Assembly: GCA_013239625.1 (NCBI GenBank)
Contig: MU054323.1
Span: forward strand, 11,243,815 to 11,307,814
DNA: 64,000 nucleotides
Direction: 5' to 3'
Origin: Lama guanicoe
Lineage: Eukaryota
Part shown: positions 49,750 to 62,862 of the stretch, piece by piece
How the letters are laid out: each line of letters opens with the position of its first letter
Numbering within the stretch: the stretch's first letter is position 1
The notes under the pieces: model-generated
The model's database searches: none
The model's input: only the letters and a program-made list of their open reading frames with translations
What the model was told of the DNA's origin: nothing
Position numbers and translations under genes: made by a program

Positions 49750-50650
49750 TTTCTCGCCTTCCACCCGCTGGCTCTCTCGGCCCCTTCTCTCCCGGAGGCC
49801 AGACGGGGAAATGAGCGTGGCCCCTTTAAGGGAGCCCTGGACGACGGGCGCCAGGGGAGCCCCCAGCAGGGGAGCAAGGGCGGGGCTCCGGGGACCCGGG
49901 CTTCCCACGCAGCCGGGGACGCCACTGCGTCACGGTGCTCGCAGCCAATCAGGATGAAGCCTGCCAGGACGCATTACTAGGGCGACGGGCCCGACGCCTC
50001 CTGCTTAGAGATGAATTAGCGGCGGGTTCTGCTTGGAGGTTGTGCCCCCACGGATTCTCCAGCTCGTCCACGCGCTCCTCACGGCGTCGCGCGTCATCCT
50101 CTGCTGGTCACAGGTAGGAGGCTGGAACCATCAGGTGGGGGTTATGGCGTGGGGAAAATGGCGGCGGCGGCGGCCAGGGAATCCCGGTGTTGGCGAAGGG
50201 GGAGCAGCCCCATGGGCTCTTCCCCCTGAGCGGTCGGCCTCCCACGGCTGCGGCCCTGATAACGGTCTCTTGACGCGGAACTGGGGTCCCGATGCGGGTG
50301 GTGGTGCCGCTGGCTCAGGTAAGAGGAGGCGCGGGGAGGCGACTCTCGGCAGGCTGGCGGGTGTTAGGGGCCGCGGGGCCGCTTGGGCCGAGCCCAGGTG
50401 GCTGCTGGAGGAGAAGGACCAGGTGTCCGGTCGGTGTTTACAGATGAGCAGTAAGCACTTCCTGCTCCAGACCTGCGCGGGTTCGGGAGAGGCACCGCCA
50501 AGAACAGAGTCTGAGCTCTGACACTGTAAAATCAGATGTGCAAAAGGTCCCAGGTGCCCACCACGTGCGAGGCTTGGACGTGAGTTGTAGAGGGCAGGCA
50601 CTGGAGCTGCCTTATCTGTGTGCCCTCTGGGCGCCGAATTCCTGCCTCTC
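49750..50650 (+). promoter_or_regulatory. CpG-island promoter of an unidentified + strand gene
   Basis: The only strongly CpG-dense, GC-rich block in the window. It has TGCGTCA 49926-49932, NF-Y site AGCCAATCAG (CCAAT 49945-49949), CGTCA 50092-50096, YY1 AAAATGGCG 50155-50163, ETS CACTTCCTG 50456-50464 and CACGTG 50562-50567. Confidence 0.9.
50120..50318 (+). other. Probable first exon (start uncertain; coding status unknown)
   Basis: Strong donor CAG|GTAAGA at 50318/50319 inside the CpG island. ATGs lie at 50144, 50158 and 50292. Downstream sequence is T-rich and intron-like. Confidence 0.65.
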
Positions 50651-51474
50651 GGTGTCAGAGAGGCAGTGCCACGAAAGGAACGGTAGGCCCTAGCCAGGGT
50701 CTGATGAATTAATTCTTAATCATTAAGTCTTAACATTAACGTGTATCCGAGCTCCAACTTGTCCATTTGAAGAGAAGAAATAAAAAGATAGGGCACTTAG
50801 GTGTTGAGTAGCCGTTCTGCTACCTTGTACTTTCTTAGTTCTGATGGATTCCCCGGGAGCATTGCCTCTGCCTTCGAAGTTCATTAACTGTATTCCATGT
50901 GCACGTGGCTGCTTGTAAGACTCAGGATTGATATTCAGTTTAAGCCCCGGGATGTAATGAAGATAAGTATTGGTGAAGGTCTTACAGAGATGAAATATTG
51001 TCCAGTTGATTATCTGGGGAGAGACTTGTCATGAAATATAACTAGTGGGTTGGTTTTCAACAAACTGTCTTGATTAAAGTCCTTTTTTGCAAAACTGTTA
51101 TATTTTTGAGAGTAAGAAAGTCATTCGTTTTCATTTTTTGTCCTTTTTTTTTAAAGTTTCTATTGCTACGTTGTACTTTGATGTGATAGATAAGTACATT
51201 AAATGACTTTTGTTGGTAGCAGTCTTGATTTTGTGGACTGCCTGGTTCTGTTATGGAGAAATCACAGTGGCAGTTTGTGTTCCAGGCACCAGTAGTTGTC
51301 TTTGGAGTGCGTGCTGTGTGTCAGGCACTGTGAAAGTGGAGCTTCTGCTACCTTTTAATTCGAGCAAATGGTAGTTCGTGTGTTCCCACCAGGTGCTTAG
51401 TCTGGCAGTCGCTGACACCAAGGGTAAATAATGGGGAAAGCCCAAAAGACTTTTTATTCCAAGCTGCATCCATG

Positions 51475-51900
51475 GAGAGTTCGTCAGTTGGGGCTGGGAA
51501 AGGTAGGACTAGGTATGGTTTCTCGTTCCTACTCTGCCATTTAAAATAGTTTAAATAAATCATATAACCTCTCTTATCAGTACCTTATTTCTGAAATGGA
51601 CATTTCTTCCCCAAGCAATCTCTCTGTGCTGTTGTCAGAAAAATTTAAAAGGCAGTGTCTAAAAGGGCTTTAAAAAGTTAAAAACTCTGTGGTAACAGTT
51701 GACATGTATTACTATGCATTTGCTTGTTAGGCACTGTTCCAGGAGCCTTACACGGGCTCATTCATCCAGTGACATTGTAAAGTGAGTACTACGCTCACTT
51801 TACAGATGAGGAAACTTGAGGCACCCTAAAGTTTTAAGTTACTTGCCCCAAATTGCACAACTACCGCTATGATTCCAGTCTGTGTTCCTAAGTACTATGC
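51475..51900. mobile_element. Two MIR SINEs in opposite orientations
   Basis: + copy at about 51475-51680 (ctactctgccattt...ctgaaatgg), - copy at about 51690-51900 (ttttacagatgaggaaacttgaggca). Confidence 0.75.
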
Positions 51901-52329
51901 ATAGGATCTTCTTGTGTCATGCAGATGTGTTTTGTGTTAAGGGGATATATGTGAAGGGATTTTTCAACGAAGTAATTTTATCTGTGGTCTTTTAGTTGTA
52001 TGGATAATAACTTTCATTCCCTTGGCATCCAATTTTTATGATTTATATGGTGATGACTACAGTTACTTTGGTTAAGTGGTATATTCATCCTGTCTTTGAT
52101 GCCCATTATTTTAAAAAGTATTTTGAAACAAAGAGTTGTGGCTAATTTCTGACAGGAAGCACAAGTCAATTATTGAGAAAGATTTTAGCTCTTATTAAGA
52201 CCTTAAAAGAATAATTTGCTGGGTGACTTTTAAAAGAAACCTTGTGTTAGGTTCACTGCTTTGACATATTTGTACTAATTTTTCTAGTCTCTATAGTAAA
52301 AGGTGACATGAATAAAAGTGGCTGGGACA

Positions 52330-53000
52330 CTCATTCTTTCTTTGAGCCTTCATAGGATTGCCTTGCCAAGTTCTTGGGATGTAAAGATTAGTTCCTGAGC
52401 TTATCCTTGAGGAGGCCCGGGAGAAGCCTCAGGTCCAGAATGTTGTAGACTAGTGAATGAGAAAAATAAGTGAGTCACTAATACAGGTGATAAGAATTTG
52501 TACAGTTCTGGTGTGTACAGAGAGCTGTGGGAACACACACAAGGAACAGTTGCTTCTGTTGGGGTGATCCTGCTGACTGCAGGAGAAAAGGAGAAAGGGG
52601 CTTCTAGCCAGAAGAGGAAGCAGTTCCAAGGCAGGATAAGAGAGAGAGCATGCATGCCCAAGGGTCAGAGCAGAGTTTTGCACAAATTACTGAGAGAAGT
52701 CAGGACAGGTTAGGGCCAGCTTGTGAATTCTCAGGTTAGAGAGTGACTGTCCTGTGGGCGGCGAGACCTGTAGAAGGATCTTAAACAGATGAGTAATGTG
52801 ATTAACTTGATGTTCTGGTGAAGTGACTTTGGTGGTGACAGGGTCAAAGACAGAATGTAAGGAAGAGACCGGTTAAGGCAGTTTCCACACTCCAGACAAG
52901 AGATGATGCAGGAGTGAGCCAGGGCAGTAACTGTGAGCAAAGTTCAGAGTCTGCCCTGCACATTTTAAAGGAATGGAAGATTGGGTGGGAAGAATAATGG
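52330..53000 (-). mobile_element. L2 LINE fragment
   Basis: cattctttctttgagc...ttccaaggcagg...gagcatgcatgcccaagggtcagag...ccagacaagagatgatg. Confidence 0.7.
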
Positions 53001-53689
53001 GGTAGGGGAGGGGAGCACCTGCTAAGAGAGTAAAAAGAAAACTAAGGTGTTTTGTTTTGGTTTTTTGGTAACTCTATGGTTGGAGATCAGAGACAGTGTT
53101 AAGTAATTTAGGAAAAAGGCTTGAGCAGGGAGTCCTTTGTAACTGATTTCAGGAGAATTGTAAAACCTTGGAGGTTGTTGGGTCAAATAAGATGTTACAG
53201 AACCAGGTTTAACAGATTTGTGGCTTCAGATTGCTGAGACTACAGAGCACTTAATTACATCATTAGAGTCAGCAGGTCTGATGTAAAGATGACTCACTGG
53301 AGGAAAGCCACTCAAAGGGAGTGGGAGGAATCATCTAAGGTATTATTTAGGTTAAACTGTTAGAATTAGAATAACAGGTATTAAAGTTTTTTTCCCCTTT
53401 TTTAAACATTATGTTTTTAATATATTTGTACAGAAGTCATTATGATATAGAAGCAATCACAAATGAATTCTCTAGTTGTAAAACTGATCTCCGCTCAAAC
53501 ATTCATAACTCTGGAGTTGTCCTAGCACCAACACAACATAAATGCATTCCACATTGACTGCACGGTGAAACTGCAAACCTGGCTAAGACACTGCCGAGTT
53601 GATGGACTCAGAGAAAGGCCAAGAACTGCTCAAACTATAAGCACAAATCAAAGAACTAGTGAGTAGAATAGGCAGAGATTTCTAGGAAA

Positions 53690-54697
53690 ATATTCTGAAA
53701 GCAGTGACAGTAACAATGATTGATAAATTTGACTTCAGACTTCATTAAAATTGAGAACCTCTATCTAAAGACACATGAAGAGAATGAAGGGCAAAATACA
53801 GACTGGAAGAAGCAATTTGCAATTACTGTCTGACCAAGGACTCATATCCAGAATGTATGTTAATGTGTGTAAAATTAATAAGAAAAAGACAATTTAATTT
53901 AAAAATGGACAAAAGTTTTAAATAGGCATTTTCTAATAAAGGGTCTCTGTATGGTTGGTATGTATATAGAAAGGTGTTCAACATTATCAGTCAATGGAGA
54001 AATGCAAATTAATTAATACAGTAATGAAAAACAGTAATGAGATACTACTACACACTTTCTGGAATGTCTAAAATTAACATGACTGTCAGTGCTGCTATTG
54101 GCAAGGATGTAGAGCAACTAGACCTCTTGTATATTTTGGTAGGAATGTAAAATGGTACAGCCATTTTGGAAAACTGGCTATGTCTAAGCCTCTACATGAT
54201 TCATCAATTCCATTCTTAAGTGTATACCAAGAGAAATAGATGTATTTGTCTACCAGAAAATAAAGTAAAAGAATGTTCATGACACCTTTATTCATAATAA
54301 CCAAAAATTAGATAAAACCCAAATGTACATCAGAAGTAGAATGGAAGAATAAATTGTGGTATATTTATAAAATGAAACATTACAAAAGCAGTAAAAGAGA
54401 ATGAACATCAACATGGGTGGATCTCATGGACTTAATGAGCCACATAAAAGATTGCATACTATGTGACTCCCTTTAAATGAAGTTCAAAAACAGGTACAGC
54501 TATTTCCTGGTGATAGACCTCAGGATAGTGGTTCCTCCAGGCTGTGGTGGTGGTGATGACTGGAAGGGGCATGAGGGAACCTTCTGGAATGATGGAAATG
54601 TTCTGTATCTTAAGATGGTTGGTGGTCACATGGGTGTACATATTCAAGTTGCTCATCTAAGATTTCTATACTTTCTGTTATACTTTAATTTAAAAAG
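53690..54697 (+). mobile_element. Old L1 (L1MC/ME-like) ORF2 end and 3' UTR
   Basis: ttgataaatttgacttc...gactcatatccagaat...gaaatgcaaatt...ggggcatgagggaaccttctgg...tatactttaatttaaaaa. Confidence 0.88.
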
Positions 54698-55049
54698 AGG
54701 CACTAGTGAGAATTTGGCAATGGCAGACTAGTTAACGTTTCATGAGGAAAGCCAGCAGGAATGATGATGAGAGAGGTGCTTTAAAAGAATTTTAAAAGAG
54801 TAGGAAAGACTCAGGGATTAAGTAATGAAATCTAGATTTTTTTTTTTTACAAAAATGTCTTTTATATAATTGTCTTGCAAAAGGCAAATGTGAAATTAAG
54901 GCTGTCATATTATACTGTCTTACAGTTTGGTCACAAAATTATGTTCCAAACTCTACCAGTTGATTAGTTCCTTATCCTAAGAATTAGTGCATAGTTTCAA
55001 GTGTAGCCTACATTTTGGTAAATATAAGATACATTATAAAAATAAATTG

Positions 55050-55157
55050 ATTTGTATTTTGTTTAATTTTGTGGGTAAAATTCTAATCAAATCTCTTTTT
55101 CATATTTGTATTTTGTTTAATTTTGGGGGTAAAATTCTAATCAAATCTCTTTTTCAT
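55050..55157. repeat. 54-bp tandem duplication (2 copies, 1 mismatch)
   Basis: atttgtattttgtttaattttg[t/g]gggtaaaattctaatcaaatctctttttcat at 55050-55103 and 55104-55157. Confidence 0.97.
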
Positions 55158-56269
55158 TAATATGAAATGTGTTTAAGAGAAATCACCATGTGACTTTTTC
55201 CCATCTACACTGATTGCTCTTGGATAATGAGCACTAGGTGTGATTCCTTTGGCTATGAGGTTTTGAATGTAATGATGGGCTAAGAAGAGCCTTTCGTAAG
55301 TTCCTTTAGCAGTGAGGTAAAGCTCAAAAAAGGCCTTTGTGAGCTTCAGTCAGATTTGACAGAAAGTGTTCCTTATACCTCTGCCTAGTCCTCTCTAACT
55401 GGCAATAGGGTCAGGGGATCCTGCTGTGGAGACCTGGGAGGCAGATGGAATGGAAATCGGCAGGGCAGCCACCAGGGAAAGCTGGAGATGATTAACCACT
55501 TTTTATCACTGAAAACTTAAGTTGGTTCACTTCTTCACAGGAAGGAGATAACTCTTCTAGCAATGATAGAGGGGAGACTTAGGCTTAGTTTTTCATCTCA
55601 AATAAGAGATCACCTCCATTTTGTGTTTGTAAGCGAACGTTAATCCTTTGGAGCAGGGATAGCACTGTCTAACCGTGTGGGGAAGCACATTGTGGGTACG
55701 AGCTAGGAATAAAGATGGCGATGCGGGGAGAGAAATGAGAGGTGGCAGCCTTTCTTAGGCTCTGTGTGCCTGGGAGTGTGGAGTGAAAGGGTTGTTTGTA
55801 ACTCTGACAGTGACTCTTTCCACAAAGGAATGTTTAGGTATCTTGGGGAAGGCAGTTTTGTCTGCGGTTCTTACTATTTCTGCCTTCCTATTGTGATACA
55901 AATACTTCCTTAGAATTATTTTTGCTTCAAATTGTGTACCTTTAAATAAAAATTTGCCTTTTTGGGGTTAGGGAGGAAAATGATGGTAGGAGTGGCTTGA
56001 ACACAAAAATGTTTATTTGCTTAACTTGAACGTTTTTGGACACTTACCATGAACTGGGTGATGGACTTGGTTGAATAGGACATGGGTCTTGTCCTTGAGC
56101 TTACTGTCTAGAGAGGGAGATAAACAAGTCAGTGCCTTCAGTGCAGAGATTATTGAGATTTTGTCACCTCTTGTCACCTTTAGGTTTTCTAAGATGAAAG
56201 GTAAGCATGGCAGCTGTGAAACTACTGTGAGGCCCATAGACAGTCATGGGGATCTGCTCTTTTAACAGC

Positions 56270-56490
56270 TAATAATAATAACAACAACAACAGCTAACAC
56301 TAAGTGCTAAATTCAGCTCTAAGTGCCTTAAGGTTTTAATTCCTTTAGCCCTCACCACTTTCCCTATGAGGTAAATGCTAATATAATCTCTTTATTTTAT
56401 CTCCGAGGAAACTGAGGCCCAGAGAGATTAAGTAACAAGGATTTGAACCTAGGCAGTCTAGGTACAAATTCTGCCATAACGCTTGTTTTA
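56270..56490 (-). mobile_element. MIR SINE
   Basis: ccctatgaggta...gaggaaactgaggcccagagagattaagtaac...ggatttgaacctaggcagtct. Confidence 0.85.
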
Positions 56491-57429
56491 ATCCAGTCTA
56501 AGTTTAAAGTATACTATACTTAATGTGGCTTTAAGTGTAAGAGATTGATTATTTGGATAAGAGTATGCTTTATAAGTACAGGTTTCTAAGTTCCTGAATA
56601 TCCATGGGGAATGTAATTTACTATAGCTGCTTAGGGTGATTCTATAATGTGGGAGTCTCAGGTGAGATCCTTTTGGCCCTTTTCCCCTTTCCTGTGTTAC
56701 GATTGTTTTGGCACTCTTAATACTCTTGCATGTGCCATTATATCATTCTGAAATTCAGTAACAATATATTACTGGGTTTTTGTTGTTTGCATTATAAACG
56801 TATACATAATGATATTTTGTGATGTATTCAAACTGGAGAGTTTGTGAATTACTAGAATAACATACTTGTTAATGTGAATAACTACAGATTTAAACTTAAG
56901 TTGTATTTTCAGCATGGCTGTTCATCAGGACCAACTGATTAAAGTGAAGGAAGTTTGCTGTGTTCTCTGTAGGAATGGAGAGAAGTGTAGAAGCAGGATT
57001 CAAATAATCTAGAGAAGTCCAGGGAGTGCTAAGTGGCCTCATTTTGCTGAGTTTTTTTATGGTAGTAAGTGAACCGGCACAATTTAGCTTCTCTTTCCTT
57101 CAGAGAAGAAAGACCTTAGAAGTCAGAGTTAATCAAGATTGAATCTTTGCTGAAGCTCTTATTATAAACAGTTCTTCTGTACTGAGTGGGCTCATCGTCC
57201 GTGAACTGAATCTAGATTGGGCATAATTATTCCTACAGTGATATTTACTTCTCTTTTTATTAGAATTTCTTTAACTCAAAATTAGGGGTGTTATATTCTT
57301 ATTTTGAATTAAGAACTCTAAAATTGTATTGAGTCTTCTCTTGTGATTGGACTTCAGACTTTTCAAGGGCCTTTTTTTTCTGATACATATTTTTTAGCTC
57401 TTTACAACATTTCTAGATGGGTGAGTATT

Positions 57430-57912
57430 TGTATTAGTTTCTTGTGGCTGCTGTAATAAATTACCACAGAGTTGGTGGCTTAATGCAATAGGAATTAATT
57501 TTTTCACAGTTCTGGAAGGCAGAAGTCTGAAATCAGTATCAGTGGGCTGAGGTCAGAGCATCAGAGGGCTGTACCACCTCCAGAAGCTCTAGGGAAGAAT
57601 CTGCTCCTGGCCTCTTCTAACTTCCGTGACCACCTGTGTTCCTTGGTTTGGGGACGCATCCCTCCATGCCCTGCCTCTGTGGTCACCTTGTCTTCTCTTC
57701 TATCGTGGTTAAATCTCCCTCTGTCTCCCTTTTAAAAGAATGTATGTGATTGTGTTTATGGCCCACTATGATAGTTCAGGATAATCTCCTCATCACAAAA
57801 CACTTAATTTAATTGTATCTATGAAGTCTGGGTTTTTGGCCACTAAGGGAACATTTACAGGTTCCAGGGATTAATACATGGGCATCTTTTGAGGGGGTCA
57901 CTGTACAGCCAC
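57430..57912 (-). mobile_element. MLT1 (B/C-like) LTR
   Basis: tgtattagtttcttgtggctgctgtaataaattaccaca...cacagttctggaaggcagaagtctgaaatc...acaggttccagggatta. Confidence 0.9.
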
Positions 57913-60416
57913 GGTATTTTTTAATCTATGTATTGCAGGTGAAGAGATTAATTACTTAAAATCACAAAGTTGGACTCAATCTCTTTCTCTCTCCATATGT
58001 TTGTTTCCCTACTACATACCTTCTTTTGGAAAAAGTAATATTCTGTGTTTATGTAGATTTGTTATTCAGCCAAGTTGCAAGTTTAAGGATTACTGTTTTT
58101 TCCCCAAAGACTTTATTTTGAGATAATTGTAGAGTTACATGCAGTTGTAAGAAATAATTTAAAAAGATCCCATGTACCCTCTAACACAGGTTTTCCCAAT
58201 GGTAACATCTTGCAAAACTGTAGTACAATATTACAACCAGAATATTGACATTGATATAACTAAGATACAGAACAGCTTCACCGTAAGTGTTCCTTATGTG
58301 GTCCTTTGATAGCCACACACCTCTTTCTCTGACCTCTGGCAATCACTAATATGTTCTCCATTTCTATAATTCTGTCACTGCAAGAGTGTTATTTAAATGG
58401 AATTATACAGTGTGTAACCTTTGGAGATTATCTTTTTTTTTTTTTTTGCTTCGCATAATTCCTTTGAGACTCTTCCAAGTTGTTGCATATATGGATAGTT
58501 CTTTTTTCTTGCTTGGTATTCCTTACAATCCTTAGTATTTTTTGATATTGAAGGACATCTTGAGTTTTCTAGTTTTGGCTGTTTTGAATAATGCTGCAGT
58601 GTACAGGTTTTGTGTGAATGTGAATTTTTATTTCACTGGGTTAACTGGCCAGGAATGCAGTTGCTGGGCCATATGGTAGTTGTATGGACATGTGGATTTA
58701 TTTCTTAACTCTGAGTACTCTTTCTATATGTCTGTCCTGATGCCAGTACCAAGCTGTCTTCATGACAGTCGCTTTGTGGTAAGTTTTGAAAATGGGAATT
58801 ATGAGTCCTCCTACTTCGTTATTTTTCAAAATTGTGTTGTCTATTCTGGGTCTGTTGCAAGTCTGTATCAATTTTAGAATCAGCTTGTCAGTTTCTACAA
58901 AGAAGTCGGCTGTGGATCTGGCAGTCAGTGATTTTTAGTACCATATTCATTGAGTTGTATAACCATTACTACAATTAATTTTAGAGTATTTTAATCACTT
59001 CAAAAAGAAACCCTGTGTCCATTAACAGTGATACCTCCTCTCCCCTCATCTTCCCCTCCTTTGACCCAGGCAGGTACTAATCTACTCTCTATCTGTAGAA
59101 TTGCCTATTCTGAGCATTTCATATAAGAAGAATCATACAATATGATCTTTTGTGATTGGCTTCTTTCACTTAGCATGCTTTCAAGGTTCATCCCTGTTGT
59201 AGCATTTGATAATACTTAATTATTTTTTATGGTTGAATAATATTCTGTTGTATGGATATGCCACCTTTTATTTATCCATTCATCAGTTGATGGACATTTG
59301 TGTTGTTTCCACTTCTTGGCTATTATGAATAATGCTGCTGTGAACATTCATGTGCAAGTTTTTGTGCAGATGTATATTTTAGTATTTTTGGTATATACCT
59401 AGGAATTGAACTTTTGGGTCATATGGTAATTTATATGTTTAATCTTTTGAGGAACTGTGAGGCTGTTTTCCAAGCTGTCCCATTTTACAACCCCATCACA
59501 GTATGTGAGGGTTCCCATATTTTTACGTTCTCACCCAACACTTGTTGTTTTCTGCCTTTTTGATTATAGCCGTTCTAGAGGTGTTATGGTAAAATATCCT
59601 TGTGGTTGTGAGGTGGTATCTCGTGGTTTTGATTTGCATTTCCCTTATGGTGAATGATGTCAAACATCTTTTCATGTGGTTAAGGCATTTGTGTATTTTC
59701 TTTGGAGAAATGTCTATTCAGACCTCTCACCCATTTTAAAATTGGGTGATTTGCCTTTTTATTACTGAGTATAGGTACAAGCTTCTTATCACATATATGA
59801 CTTGTAAAAATATTCTTCTATACTGTAGGATGTCTTTTCACTTCAAGCGCAATTTGTGGTTGCTTTTATTTTTTTTTTTAATTTTAATTTTTTGGTATAT
59901 TTATCTTGTATCTACACCCTTACTGAACTCACTTATTAGTTCTAGCATGTTTCTGGGTATGCTTCTTGGATTGTCTGTGTAAACCATAATGTCATCTGCA
60001 AATAGGGACAGATTTATTTCTTCTTTGTGTATGGCTTTTATTTCCTTTTCTTACCTTCTTGCATTGACTATGTTGGACATCCTTGCCTTGTTTTCAACAT
60101 TAGGGGCAATGCATTATTCATTTTTTAATTTTATGATTAGGTATAAAATGTTTTTTTATAGAAGCTTGTTATCTAATTGAAGAAGTTTCCCTTTATTCCT
60201 TTTTTTCTGAGAGTTTTTCTCATGAACATTGAATTTTATCAGATAATTTTTCTGTTATAGATTGCTATGATCTTGTGAACATATTTTTTCAGTTTGTTAA
60301 TGTTGTGAAGTACATTGATTCTTGAATATTGAACTAAGGTTTTTTTTTTTTTTTTTTGTTTTTTTTTTTTAGGTTTTTTTTTTTTTTTTTTGGTCTGTAT
60401 TCTTGTATTAGTCTAT

Positions 60417-60417
60417 A

Positions 60418-60449
<32 letters not shown>
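60417..60449. repeat. (GCTT)n tetranucleotide microsatellite
   Basis: gcttt followed by 7 GCTT units. An interrupted poly-T lies at about 60340-60391. Confidence 0.95.
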
Positions 60450-61256
60450 TTTGGTACCATGTTTTCCTGTTTTTTTTGCATCAAGGTAATAGTCACTTCA
60501 TAAAGTGAATTAGTAGGTGCTCCCTATTGTGTTTCCTGGGAGAGATTGTGTTAATTCTTCTCTAAACATTTGGTAGTATTCCTATTGAAACAATCTGGGC
60601 CAGGAGATTTCTTTTTCAGGAGGTTTTTAATTACAAGTTTAATTTCCTTAATAGTTACAGGGCTATTTAAATTATCTGTTTCATTTTTGGTGAGTTGTGT
60701 GCTTTCGAGGAATTGGTCCATTGACACTCACTGCTGGGCAGAGGTGGGAGTTTCAGCTCCTCTCTAGGTCTTCACTGATACTACTCTGCCTTCTTGCCAT
60801 TCCCCAATGGGAGAGGTGATGGCCTTCTTACCCCTGGAGGGTGGAGAACATCCTGACCCTCTACTAGGCCTTGTCTCCTAACACCCTCATGGACATGAGA
60901 AGGGCTGCCTCTTTACTGTCATAGGAGTAGAAGTCCAGGCTTTCCAGGTGGTCTTCATGTGTGTGGCAGGAAAAGTGGTATTACAACTACCCGGCAAGGA
61001 AAGAAAGTTCTGTCATTGATATCTTACCTACAGGGGTGAGGGTGTGGGGTGGTAAGAGGAGAGGGTAAGGGCGTGACCTCTTGTAATGTTGAGGCACAAC
61101 AGTACAGCCTGGTGAGCGTGAAAGTTTAGGCTCCATACTTGGCCTGTCTTTGTAGGTAGGGGTGAGCCACAGTTTCTTCTATGGTTTTTAGCTGGAGAGC
61201 GGTGATTTTTGTCTGCAGGTTTTCTGTTTTGTTATGCCGCTCTTGGTTCTCTGAAG

Positions 61257-61590
61257 GAGCAGGAACTTTTTTTTTTTTTAATATTTTTTATTTTTAAATT
61301 TTACTTATTTTAATTTTTAATTTTTACTGAAGTATAGTTGCTGAACAATATAAGTTACAGGTGTACAATACAGTGATTCACAAGTTTTAAAGGTTATACT
61401 CCATTTATAGTTATTTTACAATGTTGGCTATATTTCCCATGTTGTACAATATATCCTTGTAGCTTATTTTGTACCTAATAGTTTGTGCCTCTTAATTCCC
61501 TACCTCTATATTGCCCTTCCCGTTCCCCTCTCCCCACTGGTAACCACTAGTTTGTTCTCTGTATCTGAGTCAAGAGCAGGAACTTTTTTT
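61257..61590 (-). mobile_element. Young L1 3' end with 17-bp TSD
   Basis: gagcaggaacttttttt at 61257-61273 and 61574-61590 flanks actgaagtatagttg...ccactggtaaccactagtttg. Confidence 0.92.
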
Positions 61591-61877
61591 GTCTGTCTCC
61601 ATGGGCATTTCTGGGTTACTGGCTGCTTCAGCCAGTACATGAGGCAAAAGGAAAACCTAGGGAACTCATCACCATGTTATTCCATGGGTCCCAAGGTCCC
61701 TAGCTAGTGCGCCTTCTCTCTACCTTCAGAGTCTTTTGTTTGATTTATATATAATGTCAAGGGATTTTAGTTGCATTTAGCTGGAGCAGTAGGAGCAGTC
61801 CATTTGGTTGATTTTACTGGAGGCTAAAGTCAGACTGGGATTGATTTTTTTTTTTTTAATGAAAGAAAACGTAGGGT

Positions 61878-62862
61878 GGAACTATATTCAATACCTTGTA
61901 ATACCTATAATGAAAAATAATATGAAAAGGAATATATATGTATAAATGAATCACTATGCTTGCTGCACAACAGAAATTAACACAACATTGTAAATTGACT
62001 ACACTTCAATTAAAAAAAAAAAAGAAAACACAGAGTGGAAATTAAGATGCATACATTGGCCAGTTAGACACCTAAGTTAATTTTGGGTCAGTTACTTGGA
62101 AATGACATTTAATCATTTTTTTTTTAAACTCCAGAGAGTAATTCTGTTTGCCATTGTTCAGTAAAACCAAACCCTCATTAGTTTCAGATATCTTAAGCAG
62201 CTTGACAATTCAATTAATTAGTTAATTTCTGCATTTATATAAATTCATTGTAATTCTAAATTTCTGGCTTAGTATGTGATAAAAAAATTTACTAGAGTGA
62301 AAGATTAGTTTTAATGGAGCAGTTTTTTTTTTAGTAGTTGTCAGATCTTGAAGCTGTGGACTCTTTTCTAAAAGAAGAAAAAGCCAATGTGGTGTATATA
62401 TACACAATGGAATATTACTCAGCCATAAAAATAATGAAATAATGCCATTTGCAGCAACATGGGTGAACCTAGAGATTATCATACTAAGCGAAGTAAGTCA
62501 GAGAGAAAGACAAGTATGATACCACTTACACGTGGAGTCTAAAAAAATGATGCAAATGAACTTATTTACAAAACAGAAATAGGCTCACAGACATAGAAAA
62601 CAAATTTCTGGTTACCAAAGGGGAAAGGAGAGGGAAAGGAGGATAAATTAGTAATTTGGGATTAACAGATACACTCTATTATGTAAAAAACAGATAAACA
62701 ACAAGGACCTACTGTATAGCACAGGGAACTATATACAATATCTTGTAATAACCTATAATAGAAAAGAATCTGAAAAAGAAAAAAAATAGGTATAACTGAA
62801 TCACTTTGCTGTACACCTGCAATGTTATAAATCAACTATTCTTCAATTAAAAAAAAGAAAGA
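61878..62862 (+). mobile_element. Two young L1 3' ends (61878-62022 and 62387-62862)
   Basis: Both contain ggaactat...ttgtaata.cctataat...gaatcact...cttcaattaaaaaaaa. Confidence 0.9.

Larger units (their letters stand above)
58095..61810 (-). mobile_element. Cluster of nested antisense L1 fragments (L1MC/D and L1MB-like)
   Basis: Multiple reverse L1 3' ends and ORF2 pieces such as cccaatggtaacatcttgcaaaact, catcagttgatggacattt, atgtcatctgcaaataggga. Confidence 0.85.

Noticed and set aside
49701..50601. Several overlapping 60-162 aa ORFs on both strands of the CpG island
   Set aside because: GC-rich sequence lacks stop codons. The + strand ORF reads through a strong donor and none resembles a protein I recognise, so no CDS or gene symbol was assigned.
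51994..52070. Possible coding exon (open frame VWIITFIPLASNFYDLYGDDYSYF)
   Set aside because: The donor is weak (G|GTTAAG), the frame does not match the phase of exon-1 ATG 50144 or 50292, and the peptide is unrecognised.
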